Shown here: one piece after another, positions 27,674 through 39,093 of the stretch
How the letters are laid out: the number at the start of each line of letters is the position of its first letter
How positions within the stretch are numbered: the stretch's first letter is position 1
Origin: an uncultured Methylomirabilota bacterium
GTDB lineage: Bacteria > Methylomirabilota > Methylomirabilia > Methylomirabilales > 2-02-FULL-66-22
Assembly (NCBI GenBank): GCA_963845565.1
Contig: CAWJSJ010000001.1
Coordinates: 512,001 to 576,000, forward strand
Length of the DNA: 64,000 nt
Reading direction: 5' to 3'
Program-made: the position numbers and the translations under genes
Notes under the pieces: generated by a model
What the model was told of the DNA's origin: nothing
What the model saw: only the letters and a program-made list of their open reading frames with translations
Databases searched by the model: none

Positions 27674-29068
27674 ATGCTGGATAGATTCAAGGACGCCTGC
27701 GGCGTCTTCGGGATCCTGGGGAGCGCGGAAGCGCCCAACCTGACCTACCTCGGGCTGTACGCGCTCCAGCACCGCGGACAGGAAAGCGCCGGCATCGTGG
27801 CGTCGGATGGGGAGACGCTTCATCCGGAGAAGGCGATGGGGTTGGTCGCCGATGTGTTCACCGAGGCGCGTCTCAAACGGCTGAAGGGGTCGCTCGCGAT
27901 CGGCCACGTGCGATACTCCACCACGGGCAGCTCGCAGCTCAAGAATGCCCAGCCGATCGTCGCGACGTGTCGCCACGGCATGGTCGCGCTGGCGCACAAC
28001 GGGAACCTGGTCAACGCCCAGATCGTGCGGGCGGAGCTGGAGGCGCACGGCTCCATCTTCAGCTCCAGCACCGACAGCGAAGTCATCGTGCACCTGGTGG
28101 CCCGCTCCAAGAGTGACGATCTGGTCGAGGCGACGGCCGAGGCGCTGAGCCGGCTGTCCGGCGCCTATTCCCTGGTGTTGATGAACGAAAGGGAACTGCT
28201 GGGGATTCGGGATCCGCACGGGCTCCGGCCGCTTTCGCTGGGCAAGCTCGGGGACGCGTGGGTCCTGGCCTCGGAGTCGTGCGCCTTCGATCTCATCGAC
28301 GCGACGTTCGTGCGCGACCTGGAGCCGGGGGAGTTCCTGCACATCACGCCGCACGGGATGAAGTCCTACTACCCGCTGCCGCCTGCCCTGCCGGCGCAGT
28401 GCATCTTCGAGTACATCTACTTCGCTCGCCCGGACAGCATTCTCTTCGGCCAGAGTGTTGCCGGCGTTCGCAAGGCCCTGGGGCGGCAGCTCGCCGAAGA
28501 GGCGCCGGCGGACGCGGATCTCGTGATCCCCGTGCCGGATTCCGGCGTGCCGGCGGCCTTGGGATTTGCCGAACGGTCCGGGCTGCCGTTCGATCATGGG
28601 CTGATCCGAAACCATTACGTGGGCCGGACGTTCATCGAGCCCAAACAGAACATTCGGCACTTCGGCGTCAAGATCAAGCTGAATCCCGTGCGAGAGATCT
28701 TGGAGGGCAAGCGAGTGGTGGTGGTGGACGACTCCATCGTCCGGGGCACCACCAGCCGGAAGATCGTGAGCATGGTCCGATCGGCCGGGGCGCGGGAGGT
28801 CCACATGCGGATCAGCGCGCCGCCGACGGTGTCGCCGTGCTACTACGGAATCGACACGCCGACGCGGAAGGAGTTGATCGCCTCCAGCCACTCCGTGGAC
28901 GAGATCTGCACCTACATCCGGGCGGATAGCCTGGGCTATCTCAGCATGGAGGGGCTCCTGAAGGCCGCGGGGAAGGACACCGGGTTCTGCCACGCCTGCT
29001 TCACCATGCAGTATCCCGTGCCGTTCCCCATGCAGGATGTGGCGCAGCTTCCTCTGTTTGGCGTTTAG
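27674..29068 (+). CDS. purF: Amidophosphoribosyltransferase (propeptide and Fe-S type)
   Basis: [56 protein letters not shown]. Confidence 0.97.
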   Translation: MLDRFKDACGVFGILGSAEAPNLTYLGLYALQHRGQESAGIVASDGETLHPEKAMGLVADVFTEARLKRLKGSLAIGHVRYSTTGSSQLKNAQPIVATCRHGMVALAHNGNLVNAQIVRAELEAHGSIFSSSTDSEVIVHLVARSKSDDLVEATAEALSRLSGAYSLVLMNERELLGIRDPHGLRPLSLGKLGDAWVLASESCAFDLIDATFVRDLEPGEFLHITPHGMKSYYPLPPALPAQCIFEYIYFARPDSILFGQSVAGVRKALGRQLAEEAPADADLVIPVPDSGVPAALGFAERSGLPFDHGLIRNHYVGRTFIEPKQNIRHFGVKIKLNPVREILEGKRVVVVDDSIVRGTTSRKIVSMVRSAGAREVHMRISAPPTVSPCYYGIDTPTRKELIASSHSVDEICTYIRADSLGYLSMEGLLKAAGKDTGFCHACFTMQYPVPFPMQDVAQLPLFGV

Positions 29069-29171
29069 GAGCCGTGACGAAATTACGTGGCCATTTGTTT
29101 GGAATGTCGTTACGGCTCCTGATGCCGTTTCCAGAATTTCTCCGGTCACGTTATTCTTTGCCAACGGCTTA
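29065..29171 (-). repeat. MITE-like repeat family 1 (about 105 bp), subtype B
   Basis: Reverse complement TAAGCCGTTGGCAAAGAATA...AAACGGCATCAGGAGCCGTAACG...TTTCGTCACGGCTCCTAA; overlaps purF stop codon. Confidence 0.85.
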
Positions 29172-29196
29172 GCCACCCCCGACGGGAAGGGTACCC

Positions 29197-29469
29197 ATGG
29201 CGACGAACCGGAAGGACCCGCACGAACGCGCGCAGCGCCTGGCTCGCATCATCGTCAGCGAGATCGTGCTGTACCATCGGGAGCGGATCATCGAGGCGAT
29301 CAAGAACGACGCGCTGTTCGAGGTGCTGGAGCGCGAGTTGGCCGAGGGGCGGAAGTACTACGAGAAGAACATCGACCCCGCAGTGCTGGCGGAAACGGAC
29401 TATTTCGACCGGGCGGTGGTGGACATCCTGGTGAAGGGGCAGGGGAGCGTCGAATCGAAGATCTGGTAG
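29197..29469 (+). CDS. romX: RomX-like polarity protein (90 aa)
   Basis: A.RLAR.I.S.I.LY..E.I...I..D.LFEVL..EL.EGR..Y...F.RA..DI.....V.SKIW resembles Myxococcus RomX as recalled. Confidence 0.8.
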   Translation: MATNRKDPHERAQRLARIIVSEIVLYHRERIIEAIKNDALFEVLERELAEGRKYYEKNIDPAVLAETDYFDRAVVDILVKGQGSVESKIW

Positions 29470-29863
29470 CGACGCGCCGACGGTGGCAGGTCACCCGATG
29501 CCCGGAGGATGAGGATCTCCTCCGGGCGTTTTCTCTGACGGTTGTGTCCCTCTTTGTGATTGACTCGCCCTCCCATCTGCGATAATAGAACCACGCACAG
29601 CGGCGTCGTTGGGATGCTCTATCGTGGCGGTGCGTCCGGGATGCTTCAATCGCGAACACGACTCGCTGCTCGCCGACGACCCCCCGTCCCACCCGATGGT
29701 GTGTCCCTCCATGGCGGGACGCCTGAAGCAATAGGCAGCGGGGCGCCGACCGACGGTATGGGCGCGCCCGTTCGCACGTTCTCCGTTCGGAAGGGAGGTG
29801 GGAGATCCGCGTGGGTATCGGTGCGGTGAGTGCAGGGTGGATCCCTGGGAGGAGGATACGACG

Positions 29864-31282
29864 ATGAGGCATTGGATGGGCGCGACACGTTGGTTGGCGA
29901 TCGGCGCGGTTCTGGTTGTGGCCGGCTGGATCCTGGGTGGCGTGGCGGAAGCCGCCGCCGGCGAGTCCTCGCTGGCCTACTTCCGCCAGGCCAAGATCAA
30001 CTGGCGGCAGTTCGAGGGGCAGAAGCTCACGATCGGTTTGAACAAACATCAGTACACCGAGTCACTCCTGCCCCTGATCGGGGAGTTCGAGGCTCTCACC
30101 GGCATCAAGGTCGATTACCTCATCCTGCCGGAGAACGAGTACGGGGCCAAGCTGACCGCGGACCTGTCGCAGCAGCGCGGAGAGTTCACCGTGATCATGG
30201 CCGGGGCCATGCGAAACTGGGGGTACGTGCCGCCAGGCTGGATGATGCCGCTGGACGACTTCCTCAAGAACCCGAAGCTCACCGATCCGGCGTGGTTCAA
30301 GCTGGACGATTTCTTCCCCGGCTTGATCGCGGCCAACCGCTGGAACGGGAAGTTCGCCGGTGGAATGGGGGAAGGCCCGCTCTGGTCGATCCCGGTGATG
30401 TCCGAGAGTTACATCCTGGCATATCGGAAAGACATCTTCGACCAGCACAACATCAAGGTGCCCCGGACCTACGAGGAGATGGCCGAGGCGGCGCGGCAGG
30501 TGAAGCAGAAGGCAGGAATCGACGGTGTGGTGGCCCGGGGTACGGCGAATTTTCCGACGATCGCCACGGGTTACCTGAGCGGCGTCAAGTCGTACACCGA
30601 TGGGAAGTGGGCCGAACTGGACGAGAAGATGAATGCCCAGTTCACCGATCCGCGGGTGGTCAAGTTCAGCCAGATCTGGACCGACATGCTCCGCGAGAGC
30701 GGGCCCGCGAACTGGGCGAACATGACCTGGTATGAAGGGATGGAGACCTTCGCCGCCGGCCAGGCTGGCATGTACCCTGACTGCGACTTCTTTGCCGCGA
30801 CCTACGAAGATCCCAAGAAGTCGAAGGTGGCCGGGAAGGTGGGGTACGCCTTGCTACCGGCGGGGCCCGGCGGGACCACCTATTCCGGTTTGTTCACCTG
30901 GGCGCTGGGCATGAGCAAGGCGACCAAGAATAAGGAAGCGGCCTGGCTGTTCATCCAGTGGGCCACGTCGCCGCGGACGCTGCTCAACGCCACGGTGGAG
31001 TACAAGAATTACAATCCGACGCGCCTCTCGGTGATGAACGACTCTCGGACCCAGAAGGTCATGGGCGGTTGGGGGAACGGCGGCTACCTGAAGACCGTAC
31101 AGGAGAATCTCAAGACCGCCCGCGTTGCCTGGGTGCCCGAACCGGAACGACCCCGGCTGGGGGATACCTGGGCGCGCGCCCTGCACGAGATGTATTTCAA
31201 GCGGTTGACCCCCGAGCAAGCCATGCAGCGTGCCACTGACGAGGTGAACAAGATCTTCACGGAGATCGGCTTGCGGAAGTAA
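29864..31282 (+). CDS. Carbohydrate ABC transporter substrate-binding protein
   Basis: GGAGG RBS; signal peptide; YRKDIF....IKVP.T.EEM, F..GQAGM, SKVAGKVGYA.LP.GP, KEAAWLFIQW. Confidence 0.9.
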   Translation: MRHWMGATRWLAIGAVLVVAGWILGGVAEAAAGESSLAYFRQAKINWRQFEGQKLTIGLNKHQYTESLLPLIGEFEALTGIKVDYLILPENEYGAKLTADLSQQRGEFTVIMAGAMRNWGYVPPGWMMPLDDFLKNPKLTDPAWFKLDDFFPGLIAANRWNGKFAGGMGEGPLWSIPVMSESYILAYRKDIFDQHNIKVPRTYEEMAEAARQVKQKAGIDGVVARGTANFPTIATGYLSGVKSYTDGKWAELDEKMNAQFTDPRVVKFSQIWTDMLRESGPANWANMTWYEGMETFAAGQAGMYPDCDFFAATYEDPKKSKVAGKVGYALLPAGPGGTTYSGLFTWALGMSKATKNKEAAWLFIQWATSPRTLLNATVEYKNYNPTRLSVMNDSRTQKVMGGWGNGGYLKTVQENLKTARVAWVPEPERPRLGDTWARALHEMYFKRLTPEQAMQRATDEVNKIFTEIGLRK

Positions 31283-31384
31283 GCCGTTGTTCAAGAATAG
31301 GTTGAGCCGAGACATTCCAAAACGGCATAAGGAGCCGTAACGAAATAGAAAGAGATGTATAGGTTATTTCGTAACGGCTCCTAA
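31280..31384 (+). repeat. MITE-like repeat family 1, subtype A
   Basis: TAAGCCGTT...AACGGCATAAGGAGCCGTAACGAAATAGAAAGAGATGTATAGGTTATTTCGTAACGGCTCCTAA; starts at the SBP stop codon. Confidence 0.9.
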
Positions 31385-31450
31385 CGGGAGGCCTGCAGGG
31401 CCCGCGCCCCGTTCCGTTTTGGGCGCGGGCCCTGCCGCTCCGTGCGGGGG

Positions 31451-32371
31451 ATGGATCACGCAATGTTGAGCCATGCGGCAGCCGTCCGCGGACACCGGCG
31501 GACGCCGATCTTACCGTACCTCTTGATGCTGCCCGCTCTCCTCCTCTTGCTCGGCATGCTGTACCCATTCCTGCTGGGGGTGTACTACAGCCTCACCAGT
31601 TACTTCCTCCAGTATCCCCACCTGTTCAAGTTCATCGGACTGGGCAATTACCTCAAGATGCCCGGCGACCCACTCTTCGCCTATTCGGTCCAATTCACCC
31701 TGCTCTACACGGGGATCGCGGTCGTGATCCAGGTCGTCCTGGGCGTCAGCGTGGCCCTGTTGCTGCACGGGCGGATCGTCGGCCGCGGCGTTTTGCGGGC
31801 CATGATGCTCATGCCCCTGATGATGCCGCCGGTCATCACGGCGCTGATGTGGAAGGTGATGATGGCTTCCACCAAGGCCGGGATCCTGAACTACTTGCTG
31901 AGCCTGGCGGGCATTCCGCCGGTCAACTGGCTTGGGTCGATCAACACCGCCATGGTGTCGGTCCTGATCATCGACACCTGGGGGAACCTCCCCTTCGTTG
32001 CGCTGATCCTCCTGGGGGGACTGCAGTCGCTCCCCTTCGAACCCTATGAGGCGGCGGTGGTGGATGGGGCGGGCGGCTGGGACGTCTTCCGGTACATCAC
32101 GCTGCCGCTGCTCAAGCCGTTCATCATCCTGGCTACGACTTTCCGGGTCATGGATTCGCTGCGGATCTTCGACGTCATCTATGCCACCACGGTGGGGGGA
32201 CCGGCGGACGCCACCATGAATCTCCACATGCGGGCGTTCTTCTACGCCTTCCAGTGGTACCAGATGGGCATGGGCATGGCGTACGCGATGGTCCTCCTGG
32301 CCATGGTCTTCGTCGCCAGCTACCTGCTGATGAACTACTGGCGCCGGTCCGCGGAGAAGACGGAGCTATGA
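31451..32371 (+). CDS. Carbohydrate ABC transporter permease (MalF-like)
   Basis: FIGLGNY, EAA loop YEAAVVDGA..W..FRYITLPLLKP, FDVIYATTVGGP. Confidence 0.92.
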   Translation: MDHAMLSHAAAVRGHRRTPILPYLLMLPALLLLLGMLYPFLLGVYYSLTSYFLQYPHLFKFIGLGNYLKMPGDPLFAYSVQFTLLYTGIAVVIQVVLGVSVALLLHGRIVGRGVLRAMMLMPLMMPPVITALMWKVMMASTKAGILNYLLSLAGIPPVNWLGSINTAMVSVLIIDTWGNLPFVALILLGGLQSLPFEPYEAAVVDGAGGWDVFRYITLPLLKPFIILATTFRVMDSLRIFDVIYATTVGGPADATMNLHMRAFFYAFQWYQMGMGMAYAMVLLAMVFVASYLLMNYWRRSAEKTEL

Positions 32372-33258
32372 GCGCCGCATCCGGAGTCCGCCTCGGCTCT
32401 CCCCGACCCCTCGTGCGGCTCGTGCGAGTAGGTGTGCTCACGGCTGCGGTCCTGGCCCTCGTCGTGTGGACGGTGTTTCCATTCTTCTGGATCCTGCTCA
32501 CCTCGCTCAAGCAGCCGCTGGACGTGATCGCGGCGCCGCCGAAGATCTTTTTCGAGCCGACCCTGGACAACTATGCGGGGATCTTCATCGGACGCCAGCG
32601 GGGGGCCTACGCCTCGGCCCGCCCCGACTTTCCACTCTTCTTCCTGAACAGCATCATCATCTCGGGCGGCGCGGTCCTGCTCTCCTTCCTGGCAGGCGTT
32701 CCGGCCTCGTTTGCCTTGGCGCGTTACCGCTTCCGCTTCAAGGAGCAGCTGGCGTTCCTGTTCATGAGCTTTCGCTTCGCCCCCTTCATCGCGTTTCTGA
32801 TCCCGCTCTACATACTCTTCCAGCGCACCGGCCTCTATAACACCTACCACGGCCTCATTCTCGCCTACCAGATCATCACACTGCCCTTCACGATCTGGAT
32901 GCTGCGCAGCTTCTTCATGGAGATCCCGCTGGAAGTCGAGGAGGCCGCCAAGATCGACGGCTGCTCCTGGTGGGGAGTCCTGACCCATGTGATCCTGCCG
33001 CTCAGCCTCCCGGGGATTGCCGTCACCCTCATCCTGGGTTTCATGTTCAGCTGGAATGCCTTCAACTACCCCCTGATGCTGGCGGGACGGCAAACCTTTC
33101 CCGTGACGGTCGGGGCCATCCAGTTCATCTCCTACGAACAGGTCCTCTGGGGACAGATGGCGGCCGCCTCGCTGGTGGCCGTCGTGCCGCAGCTCATCCT
33201 CAGTCTCTTCGTCCAGAAATACATCGTGCGGGGCCTGACCATGGGGGCCATCCGCTAG
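32368..33258 (+). CDS. Carbohydrate ABC transporter permease (MalG-like)
   Basis: PTLDNY, FLNS, IPLEVEEAAKIDGCS, FSWN, QKYIVRGLTMGA. Confidence 0.92.
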   Translation: MSAASGVRLGSPRPLVRLVRVGVLTAAVLALVVWTVFPFFWILLTSLKQPLDVIAAPPKIFFEPTLDNYAGIFIGRQRGAYASARPDFPLFFLNSIIISGGAVLLSFLAGVPASFALARYRFRFKEQLAFLFMSFRFAPFIAFLIPLYILFQRTGLYNTYHGLILAYQIITLPFTIWMLRSFFMEIPLEVEEAAKIDGCSWWGVLTHVILPLSLPGIAVTLILGFMFSWNAFNYPLMLAGRQTFPVTVGAIQFISYEQVLWGQMAAASLVAVVPQLILSLFVQKYIVRGLTMGAIR

Positions 33259-33510
33259 CCGCACGGCGCGTGGGGGCGAGGCAGTCTGGCGACGGGGCGC
33301 CCCGGTCGAGAGGCGTCGTCCTCTCGTGGCGGCGGCCAGGCGTGGCGCAACGCACCTGTCCGGCGAGCGCGTCGCGTGGGGAAGCGCGGAGGTGATCGGC
33401 GGTCTGTCTGTGCGATCTGACGCCATGGCGCGTTCGGCGCTGGAAGCCGTACTGCCGCTTTTGGTGAGGAGTTACGGCGATTCATTTAGATCCTTCGGGA
33501 GGGAAATGGC

Positions 33511-33539
33511 TTGACAAGGCCGGAGGTGGTGGTTATTGT
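33511..33539 (+). promoter_or_regulatory. Sigma70-type promoter upstream of cheW-cheW-romR
   Basis: TTGACA-N17-TATTGT. Confidence 0.6.
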
Positions 33540-33585
33540 CACCTCGCCTCTGCGGGGGTGCGGTGCTGGGTGGAAAGGAGTCGCG

Positions 33586-34089
33586 TTGGAGGGACGCACG
33601 CTGGCGAAACGCCCGTGGCGCGGCCGGGCAGAGCGGGCGGTCGCCCAGGAGCAGGTGCTGCTGTTCCGCGTGGGGGAGTGTCTCTGCGGCCTTGGTCTCC
33701 GCGGTCTCTGGGAGGTCTTGTCCCCCGACGGCGTCACCGAACTCCCAACGCCCTCGTATCAGATCTGCACCGCGCTGGCGTATCGCGGACGGCGACTTCC
33801 CCTGGTTCGCATGAGCGAACTGTTCGGGATGTCCGCCGAGAGAGTATTGCCCACCGCCCGGGTGCTGCTGGTCCAGGGGCAGGGGCGGCCATTGGGCCTG
33901 CTGGTGGACGAAGTGCTCGGGGTGGTGGACGTCAACCCCCAGCAAGTCGGCGCCATGCCGACGCAGGCCTCGCTCTTGAGCCCGGAGCTGTTTCGGGGGC
34001 TTTTCAGTCGAGAGAGCCAGGTGGTGATCTTGCTCAGCGAGGACGGGCTGGGCGGGATGGCAGAGGTTGCCCAATTCGCCGAGAACTGA
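33586..34089 (+). CDS. CheW-like protein
   Basis: AAGGAG RBS with TTG start; LLFRVG, YRGRRLPLV, GLLVDEVLGV. Confidence 0.8.
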   Translation: MEGRTLAKRPWRGRAERAVAQEQVLLFRVGECLCGLGLRGLWEVLSPDGVTELPTPSYQICTALAYRGRRLPLVRMSELFGMSAERVLPTARVLLVQGQGRPLGLLVDEVLGVVDVNPQQVGAMPTQASLLSPELFRGLFSRESQVVILLSEDGLGGMAEVAQFAEN

Positions 34090-34121
34090 CCGGTGACGTG
34101 GCGGGGCGCGCCGAGGCGGGT

Positions 34122-34613
34122 ATGAGGACAGAGGAGCCGCGCAACGCCAAGACCGGCACCTCGACCGGAGGAACCCCGGTCGTTCTGTTCCAGTTGGCGG
34201 GCAAGTCGTTCGCGGCGGAGCTGGACCGAGTCGATCAGATCATCGAGTATCGCGAGCCCGCCAAGACGCCGCGACGCCCGGCGCACGTGGAAGGCGTGGT
34301 GGAGTATCGGGGACGGTACCTCGCGGTCGTAGACCTGCGAAAACGATTCGGCGTGGCGGAACCCAAGCCGGCGCACCCGGCGGTCCTGGTGCTCAAAGGG
34401 GTCGGTCCTGATCCGGTGGTGGGGTTGGTGGTTGACCAGGTCCTGCGCGTGCTTCCCCTTCCACCGGACGGGGTGTTGAGCCCCCCGCCTCGCGTCTTCG
34501 GGATTCGCGCGGAGTACATCCGCGGGGTCGCCAACGCCGCCGGTCGACCCGTGGTGTGGCTTGATTTGACGAAGGTGTTGACGACGCAGGAAGCGATCAC
34601 GTTACTGGCGTAG
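34122..34613 (+). CDS. CheW-like protein
   Basis: VLFQLAG..FA, HVEGVVEYRG..LAVVDLRKRF, VGLVVDQV, YIRGV. Confidence 0.87.
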   Translation: MRTEEPRNAKTGTSTGGTPVVLFQLAGKSFAAELDRVDQIIEYREPAKTPRRPAHVEGVVEYRGRYLAVVDLRKRFGVAEPKPAHPAVLVLKGVGPDPVVGLVVDQVLRVLPLPPDGVLSPPPRVFGIRAEYIRGVANAAGRPVVWLDLTKVLTTQEAITLLA

Positions 34614-34719
34614 CCCGCGCGTCCGGATCGGATGAGGGCAGCGGGTGGCGTCCCGCTGGATGAGAGAAGAGGCGCGGTTTCCGGTGGGTGGGCTTGGCCT
34701 GTGGCCCCAGGAGGAACCG

Positions 34720-36114
34720 ATGGGCGCTCGAATCCTGGTTGCGGATGACAGTGTGACGATCCAGAAGGTGGTGGAGTTGACCTTTAGCAAGGAGGCCTTC
34801 GTCCTCACGCAGGCTCGGAACGGCGACGAGGCCATCCGCAAAGCGAAGGAGATGCGGCCCGATCTGATCTTGTTGGATCTCGTCATGCCGGACATGAACG
34901 GCTACGACGTGTGCGCCGCGTTGCGGTCCGAGCCGGCGTTGCGGTCGGTGCCCATCATTCTATTGGCCGGCACCTTCGAATCGTTCGATCAGCAACGCGG
35001 CAGCCAGGCCGGCGCGAGCGACTTTGTCACCAAGCCGTTCGAGTCGCAGGTGCTCGTCGGCAAGGTGAAGCAGCTCTTGTTCGCGCGATCGTTGGAAACG
35101 GCGGCGGCCGCCGCCGTGCCCAAACCATCGCTCGATGCGGACACCCTGAAGATCTCCTCGGTCCCGCCGGTCCCTGCGGACTCGATCGTACGTCAACCGC
35201 CGCCGCCCGCGCCGCCTGCGGCCCTCTCCGTGGATCTGGGGCCGCTCGACCTGGAACCCGTCGCCCTCGACGAGTCTCAGTTGGCGCCCCTGTCGGCGGA
35301 TGCGGAGACGCTTCCCTTGCCTGACAGCTTGTCGTTGGACGACCTGCTGACGACCGGGCCCCCCGCGCCGGCCGCCGCTCCTCGGCTCGAGATCCCGGCG
35401 ACGGAGACGGTCGGGGCGGAACCCGTCTTCGAGTTGACCGACACGGAGGCCCCGCCGTTGCCCATGGTCGAAGCGGGCATGGGGGAGCCGCCGGCGCTCT
35501 CGGTCGAGGAGGTCCTGGCGTCACCGGCGGCCGCCGCCGCGGACGTGACGATCGTGGACCTTCCCCAGATCGATCTGGCCACGCTTTCCGCAGCGCTCCC
35601 GCCGTCACTGACCGAGCAGGGGCCGCACGACGCCGATCGGTGTCGCGCCAGGCGATCAGGCCCCTGGCCCGATCCTGGAAGAGTTCCCGGTTCAGCCGGA
35701 AGCGCCCATGATCTACGAGGCTGCTGCCCCGGCCGCGTCTGCGGAGATCGCACCCTCGATCCTGGAGGAGGAGCGACCGCTCAGTCTTCTGGAGGCGGCG
35801 GAATCCGCCGCCGCGATGCCGGCGTCTCCGGACGCCGCCGCCGTCGCGAGGACATGGTTCCCGCTGCGCTCACCCCGACGGCCCCCGAGCTCCCGCAGAC
35901 GCTGCCGCTTGGCGTGGCGGCGACGGACATGGCGGCGATGCGGGAGGCGGTTACGGAGCGGGTGGCGCACGACCTACGCCGGGAACTCAGCGAGAAGCTC
36001 CTCGACCGGTTCGAGAAGATCGTCTGGGAAGTGGTGCCCGATCTCGCCGAGATCCTGATCGCGAAGGAGATCGAACGGATCCGCTGCCTGGCGGAGGAAG
36101 AGAAGTCCTCCTGA
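34720..36114 (+). CDS. romR: RomR-like response regulator (receiver domain, Pro/acidic linker, conserved C-terminal helix)
   Basis: [34 protein letters not shown]-terminal [23 protein letters not shown]; lies between cheW genes and valS. Confidence 0.82.
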   Translation: MGARILVADDSVTIQKVVELTFSKEAFVLTQARNGDEAIRKAKEMRPDLILLDLVMPDMNGYDVCAALRSEPALRSVPIILLAGTFESFDQQRGSQAGASDFVTKPFESQVLVGKVKQLLFARSLETAAAAAVPKPSLDADTLKISSVPPVPADSIVRQPPPPAPPAALSVDLGPLDLEPVALDESQLAPLSADAETLPLPDSLSLDDLLTTGPPAPAAAPRLEIPATETVGAEPVFELTDTEAPPLPMVEAGMGEPPALSVEEVLASPAAAAADVTIVDLPQIDLATLSAALPPSLTEQGPHDADRCRARRSGPWPDPGRVPGSAGSAHDLRGCCPGRVCGDRTLDPGGGATAQSSGGGGIRRRDAGVSGRRRRREDMVPAALTPTAPELPQTLPLGVAATDMAAMREAVTERVAHDLRRELSEKLLDRFEKIVWEVVPDLAEILIAKEIERIRCLAEEEKSS

Positions 36115-36187
36115 ACGCGACGGGAAATCCTTTGGGGATGCTGTGCCCTGTCGGGCCGGCGTCCCCATCTCATTTGTGGAGCCTGTG

Positions 36188-38992
36188 ATGACCGCACCCA
36201 ACGATTCCGTGGCCTCCCAGCCGTCGGCCCCGCCCGAGGCCGGCGGGCAAGGCAAGCAGGGGTACGATCCCGAGGGGGTGGAGGCGCGCTGGTACCGCGC
36301 CTGGGAAGAGCGGAATCTCTTCCACGCCGACGAAACCTCCACGGCCCCCCCGTATTGTATCGTCATCCCGCCGCCGAACGTGACGGGCTCGCTCCACATG
36401 GGGCACGCCCTGAACAACACGCTGCAGGATATTCTGATCCGGTGGCATCGGATGTGCGGGGACAACACCCTCTGGATGCCGGGCACGGATCATGCCGGCA
36501 TTGCCACGCAGAACGTGGTGGAGCGGCAGCTCCGGCAAGAGGGGCTTTCGCGGGACCAGCTTGGCCGCGAGGCATTCGTGGAGCGGGTCTGGAAGTGGAA
36601 GCGCGAGTCGGGCGGGACCATCATCCGCCAGCTCCGGACGCTGGGCGCGTCCTGCGACTGGGCCCGCGAGCGATTCACGCTGGACCCCGGGCTGTCGGAG
36701 GCGGTGAAGGAGGTCTTCTGCCAGCTCTACGAGGCGGGGTTGATCTACCGCGGGAACTATATCATCAACTGGTGCCCCCGCTGCCAGACGGCGCTCTCGG
36801 ATCTGGAGGTGGAGTACCAGGAGCGGGACGGGAAGCTGTGGCACCTCCGGTACCCACTTGCCGACGGCACGGGCGAGGTGGTGGTGGCGACGACGCGGCC
36901 GGAGACGATGCTGGGCGACACGGCGGTGGCGATCCATCCCGAGGACGAGCGCCTGGCAGGGCTGCAGGGCCGGCGGGTGTTGTTGCCCGTGATGGGTCGG
37001 GAAATCCCGATCATCGCCGATACGTACGTGGACCGCGAGTTCGGGACCGGCTTCGTCAAGGTGACCCCGGCGCACGATCCCAAGGACTTCGAGTGCGGCC
37101 TGCGCCACGATCTCCCGCAGATCAAGGTCATCGCCGATGATGGCCGGATGAACGAGAACGCCGGTCCCTACGCGGGACAGGACCGATTCGCCAGCCGCAA
37201 GGGCCTGGTCCAGCAACTCGAGCGCGAAGGGTTCCTGGTGAAGGTCGAGGATCATCGTCACGCGGTCGGGCACTGCTACCGCTGCCAGACGGTGGTCGAG
37301 CCGTCCCTGTCTCGCCAGTGGTTCGTCAAGATGGCGCCCCTGGCCGAGCCCGCCATCCGGGCGGTCGAGACGGGCAAGATCCGAATCATCCCCAGCCAGT
37401 GGGAGAAGACCTATTTCGAGTGGATGCGGAACATCCGGGACTGGTGCATCTCGCGGCAGATCTGGTGGGGTCACCGGATCCCGGCGTGGTACTGCGATCC
37501 CTGCGGCGAGACGGTGGTCTCCCGGACGACGCCGACGGGCTGTCCGCGCTGTGGCGGGGGACTGCGCCAGGAGACGGATGTGCTGGACACCTGGTTCAGC
37601 TCCGGCCTCTGGCCCTTCTCGACGCTCGGCTGGCCCGAGAAAACCAAGGCGCTGGGCGCGTACTATCCGACGGCATGCCTCGTCACCGGGTTCGACATCC
37701 TATTCTTCTGGGTAGCCCGGATGATCATGCTGGGGCTGCGCTTCATGGGGGACGTGCCCTTCCGGGATGTGGTGATCCACGGCTTGATCCGGGACGAGCA
37801 GGGCGAGAAAATGTCCAAGACCCGGGGGAACGTCATCGACCCCCTGCACGTGGTCAACGGGGCGACGTTGGACGACCTCCTGGCCGGCGCCAAGGCGGGA
37901 GGGGCGCCGCCCGCGGCCCTGGACAGCATCACGCGGCAGTACCCGGACGGCTTTCCCCGGTTCGGCGCCGACGCGCTGCGCTTCACGCTGGCCGCGCTGG
38001 CGGGCCAGGGGAGCGACGTCAAGCTCTCGGTCAAACGCATCGAGGGCTACCGCCACTTCTGCAACAAGATCTGGAACGCTTACCGGTTCGCGGCGCCGCA
38101 TCTGACCGACGAGGCGCGGGCGGTGCGACTCGCCGACCTGCCGCTCACGGTGGCCGATGAGTGGATCCTGAGCCGGCTGAATGCCGTCACCCGGGGCGTG
38201 ACGGAGGCGTTTCAGAGCTACCGCTTCAACGACGCGGCGTCGCTCCTCTACCAGTTCCTGTGGCACGAGTACTGCGACTGGTACCTGGAGATCGTCAAGA
38301 ACCGGTTGGCGGGGCCCGATCCGGAGGAGCGGAAGCGGACCGGGCGGATCCTGCTGGCGCGGGCGCTGGAGCACGCAATGCGTCTGCTCCATCCGATCAT
38401 GCCGTTCCTGACGGAGGAGATCTGGCAGCAGCTCCCGCACGACGGACCCAGCGTGATGACGGCGCCGTGGCCGCAGGCCGACCCGGCCCTGGACTTCCCG
38501 CGATCCGTGGACAGCATGGAAACGCTCATGGAGATCACACGCGAGGTGCGGAATATCCGCTCGGGGTACAACATCTCGCCCGCGCAGCGGGTCCCATTGG
38601 TCGTGAACACCGCCAGCGTCGACCAGGACGCTACGCTGGCGTCCTGCCGGGAGTATCTGGTGAATCTGGCGCGACTGTCCAGCCTTGAGTTTGGGCAGGG
38701 TCTGGCGAAGCCGCCGCTGGCGGCCACCGTCGTGGTCCGGGGGTTCGAGGTGCACGTACCCCTGGCGGAGGTCATCGACTTTGGCGCCGAGCGGCAGCGG
38801 TTGCAGAAGGAATTGGCCAAGACCGCGGCGACGCTGGAACGGATCGCCAAGAAACTGGGCAACGAGGAGTTTGTCGGCAAGGCGCCGGCAGAGGTGGTGA
38901 GCCAGCAACGAGCCACCCAGGCGGAACTGGCAGATCAGCACGCCAAGCTCGCGGCGACGCTGGCGCACATTGAGGAGCATTTGGGAAAGTGA
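36188..38992 (+). CDS. valS: Valine--tRNA ligase
   Basis: [43 protein letters not shown]-terminal coiled coil. Confidence 0.98.
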   Translation: MTAPNDSVASQPSAPPEAGGQGKQGYDPEGVEARWYRAWEERNLFHADETSTAPPYCIVIPPPNVTGSLHMGHALNNTLQDILIRWHRMCGDNTLWMPGTDHAGIATQNVVERQLRQEGLSRDQLGREAFVERVWKWKRESGGTIIRQLRTLGASCDWARERFTLDPGLSEAVKEVFCQLYEAGLIYRGNYIINWCPRCQTALSDLEVEYQERDGKLWHLRYPLADGTGEVVVATTRPETMLGDTAVAIHPEDERLAGLQGRRVLLPVMGREIPIIADTYVDREFGTGFVKVTPAHDPKDFECGLRHDLPQIKVIADDGRMNENAGPYAGQDRFASRKGLVQQLEREGFLVKVEDHRHAVGHCYRCQTVVEPSLSRQWFVKMAPLAEPAIRAVETGKIRIIPSQWEKTYFEWMRNIRDWCISRQIWWGHRIPAWYCDPCGETVVSRTTPTGCPRCGGGLRQETDVLDTWFSSGLWPFSTLGWPEKTKALGAYYPTACLVTGFDILFFWVARMIMLGLRFMGDVPFRDVVIHGLIRDEQGEKMSKTRGNVIDPLHVVNGATLDDLLAGAKAGGAPPAALDSITRQYPDGFPRFGADALRFTLAALAGQGSDVKLSVKRIEGYRHFCNKIWNAYRFAAPHLTDEARAVRLADLPLTVADEWILSRLNAVTRGVTEAFQSYRFNDAASLLYQFLWHEYCDWYLEIVKNRLAGPDPEERKRTGRILLARALEHAMRLLHPIMPFLTEEIWQQLPHDGPSVMTAPWPQADPALDFPRSVDSMETLMEITREVRNIRSGYNISPAQRVPLVVNTASVDQDATLASCREYLVNLARLSSLEFGQGLAKPPLAATVVVRGFEVHVPLAEVIDFGAERQRLQKELAKTAATLERIAKKLGNEEFVGKAPAEVVSQQRATQAELADQHAKLAATLAHIEEHLGK

Positions 38993-39081
38993 AGCGATCA
39001 GCGATCAGCGATCAGCACTCAGCGTTCGGATTGAATGTCGTTGTTCTTGACTGAACGCTGACCGCTGAACGCTGATCGCTG
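38993..39081. repeat. Inverted arrays of heptamer repeats
   Basis: AGCGATC x3, AGCACTC, AGCGTTC ... CTGAACG CTGACCG CTGAACG CTGATCG. Confidence 0.8.
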
Positions 39082-39093
39082 TTGGTCTCAACC

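Noticed and set aside
29560..29586. Promoter for the sugar ABC operon
   Set aside because: TTGACT to GATAAT spacing is only 15 nt; too weak to call
37845..37965. Insertion in ValS after KMSKT
   Set aside because: A comparable insertion is a known lineage-variable feature of ValRS
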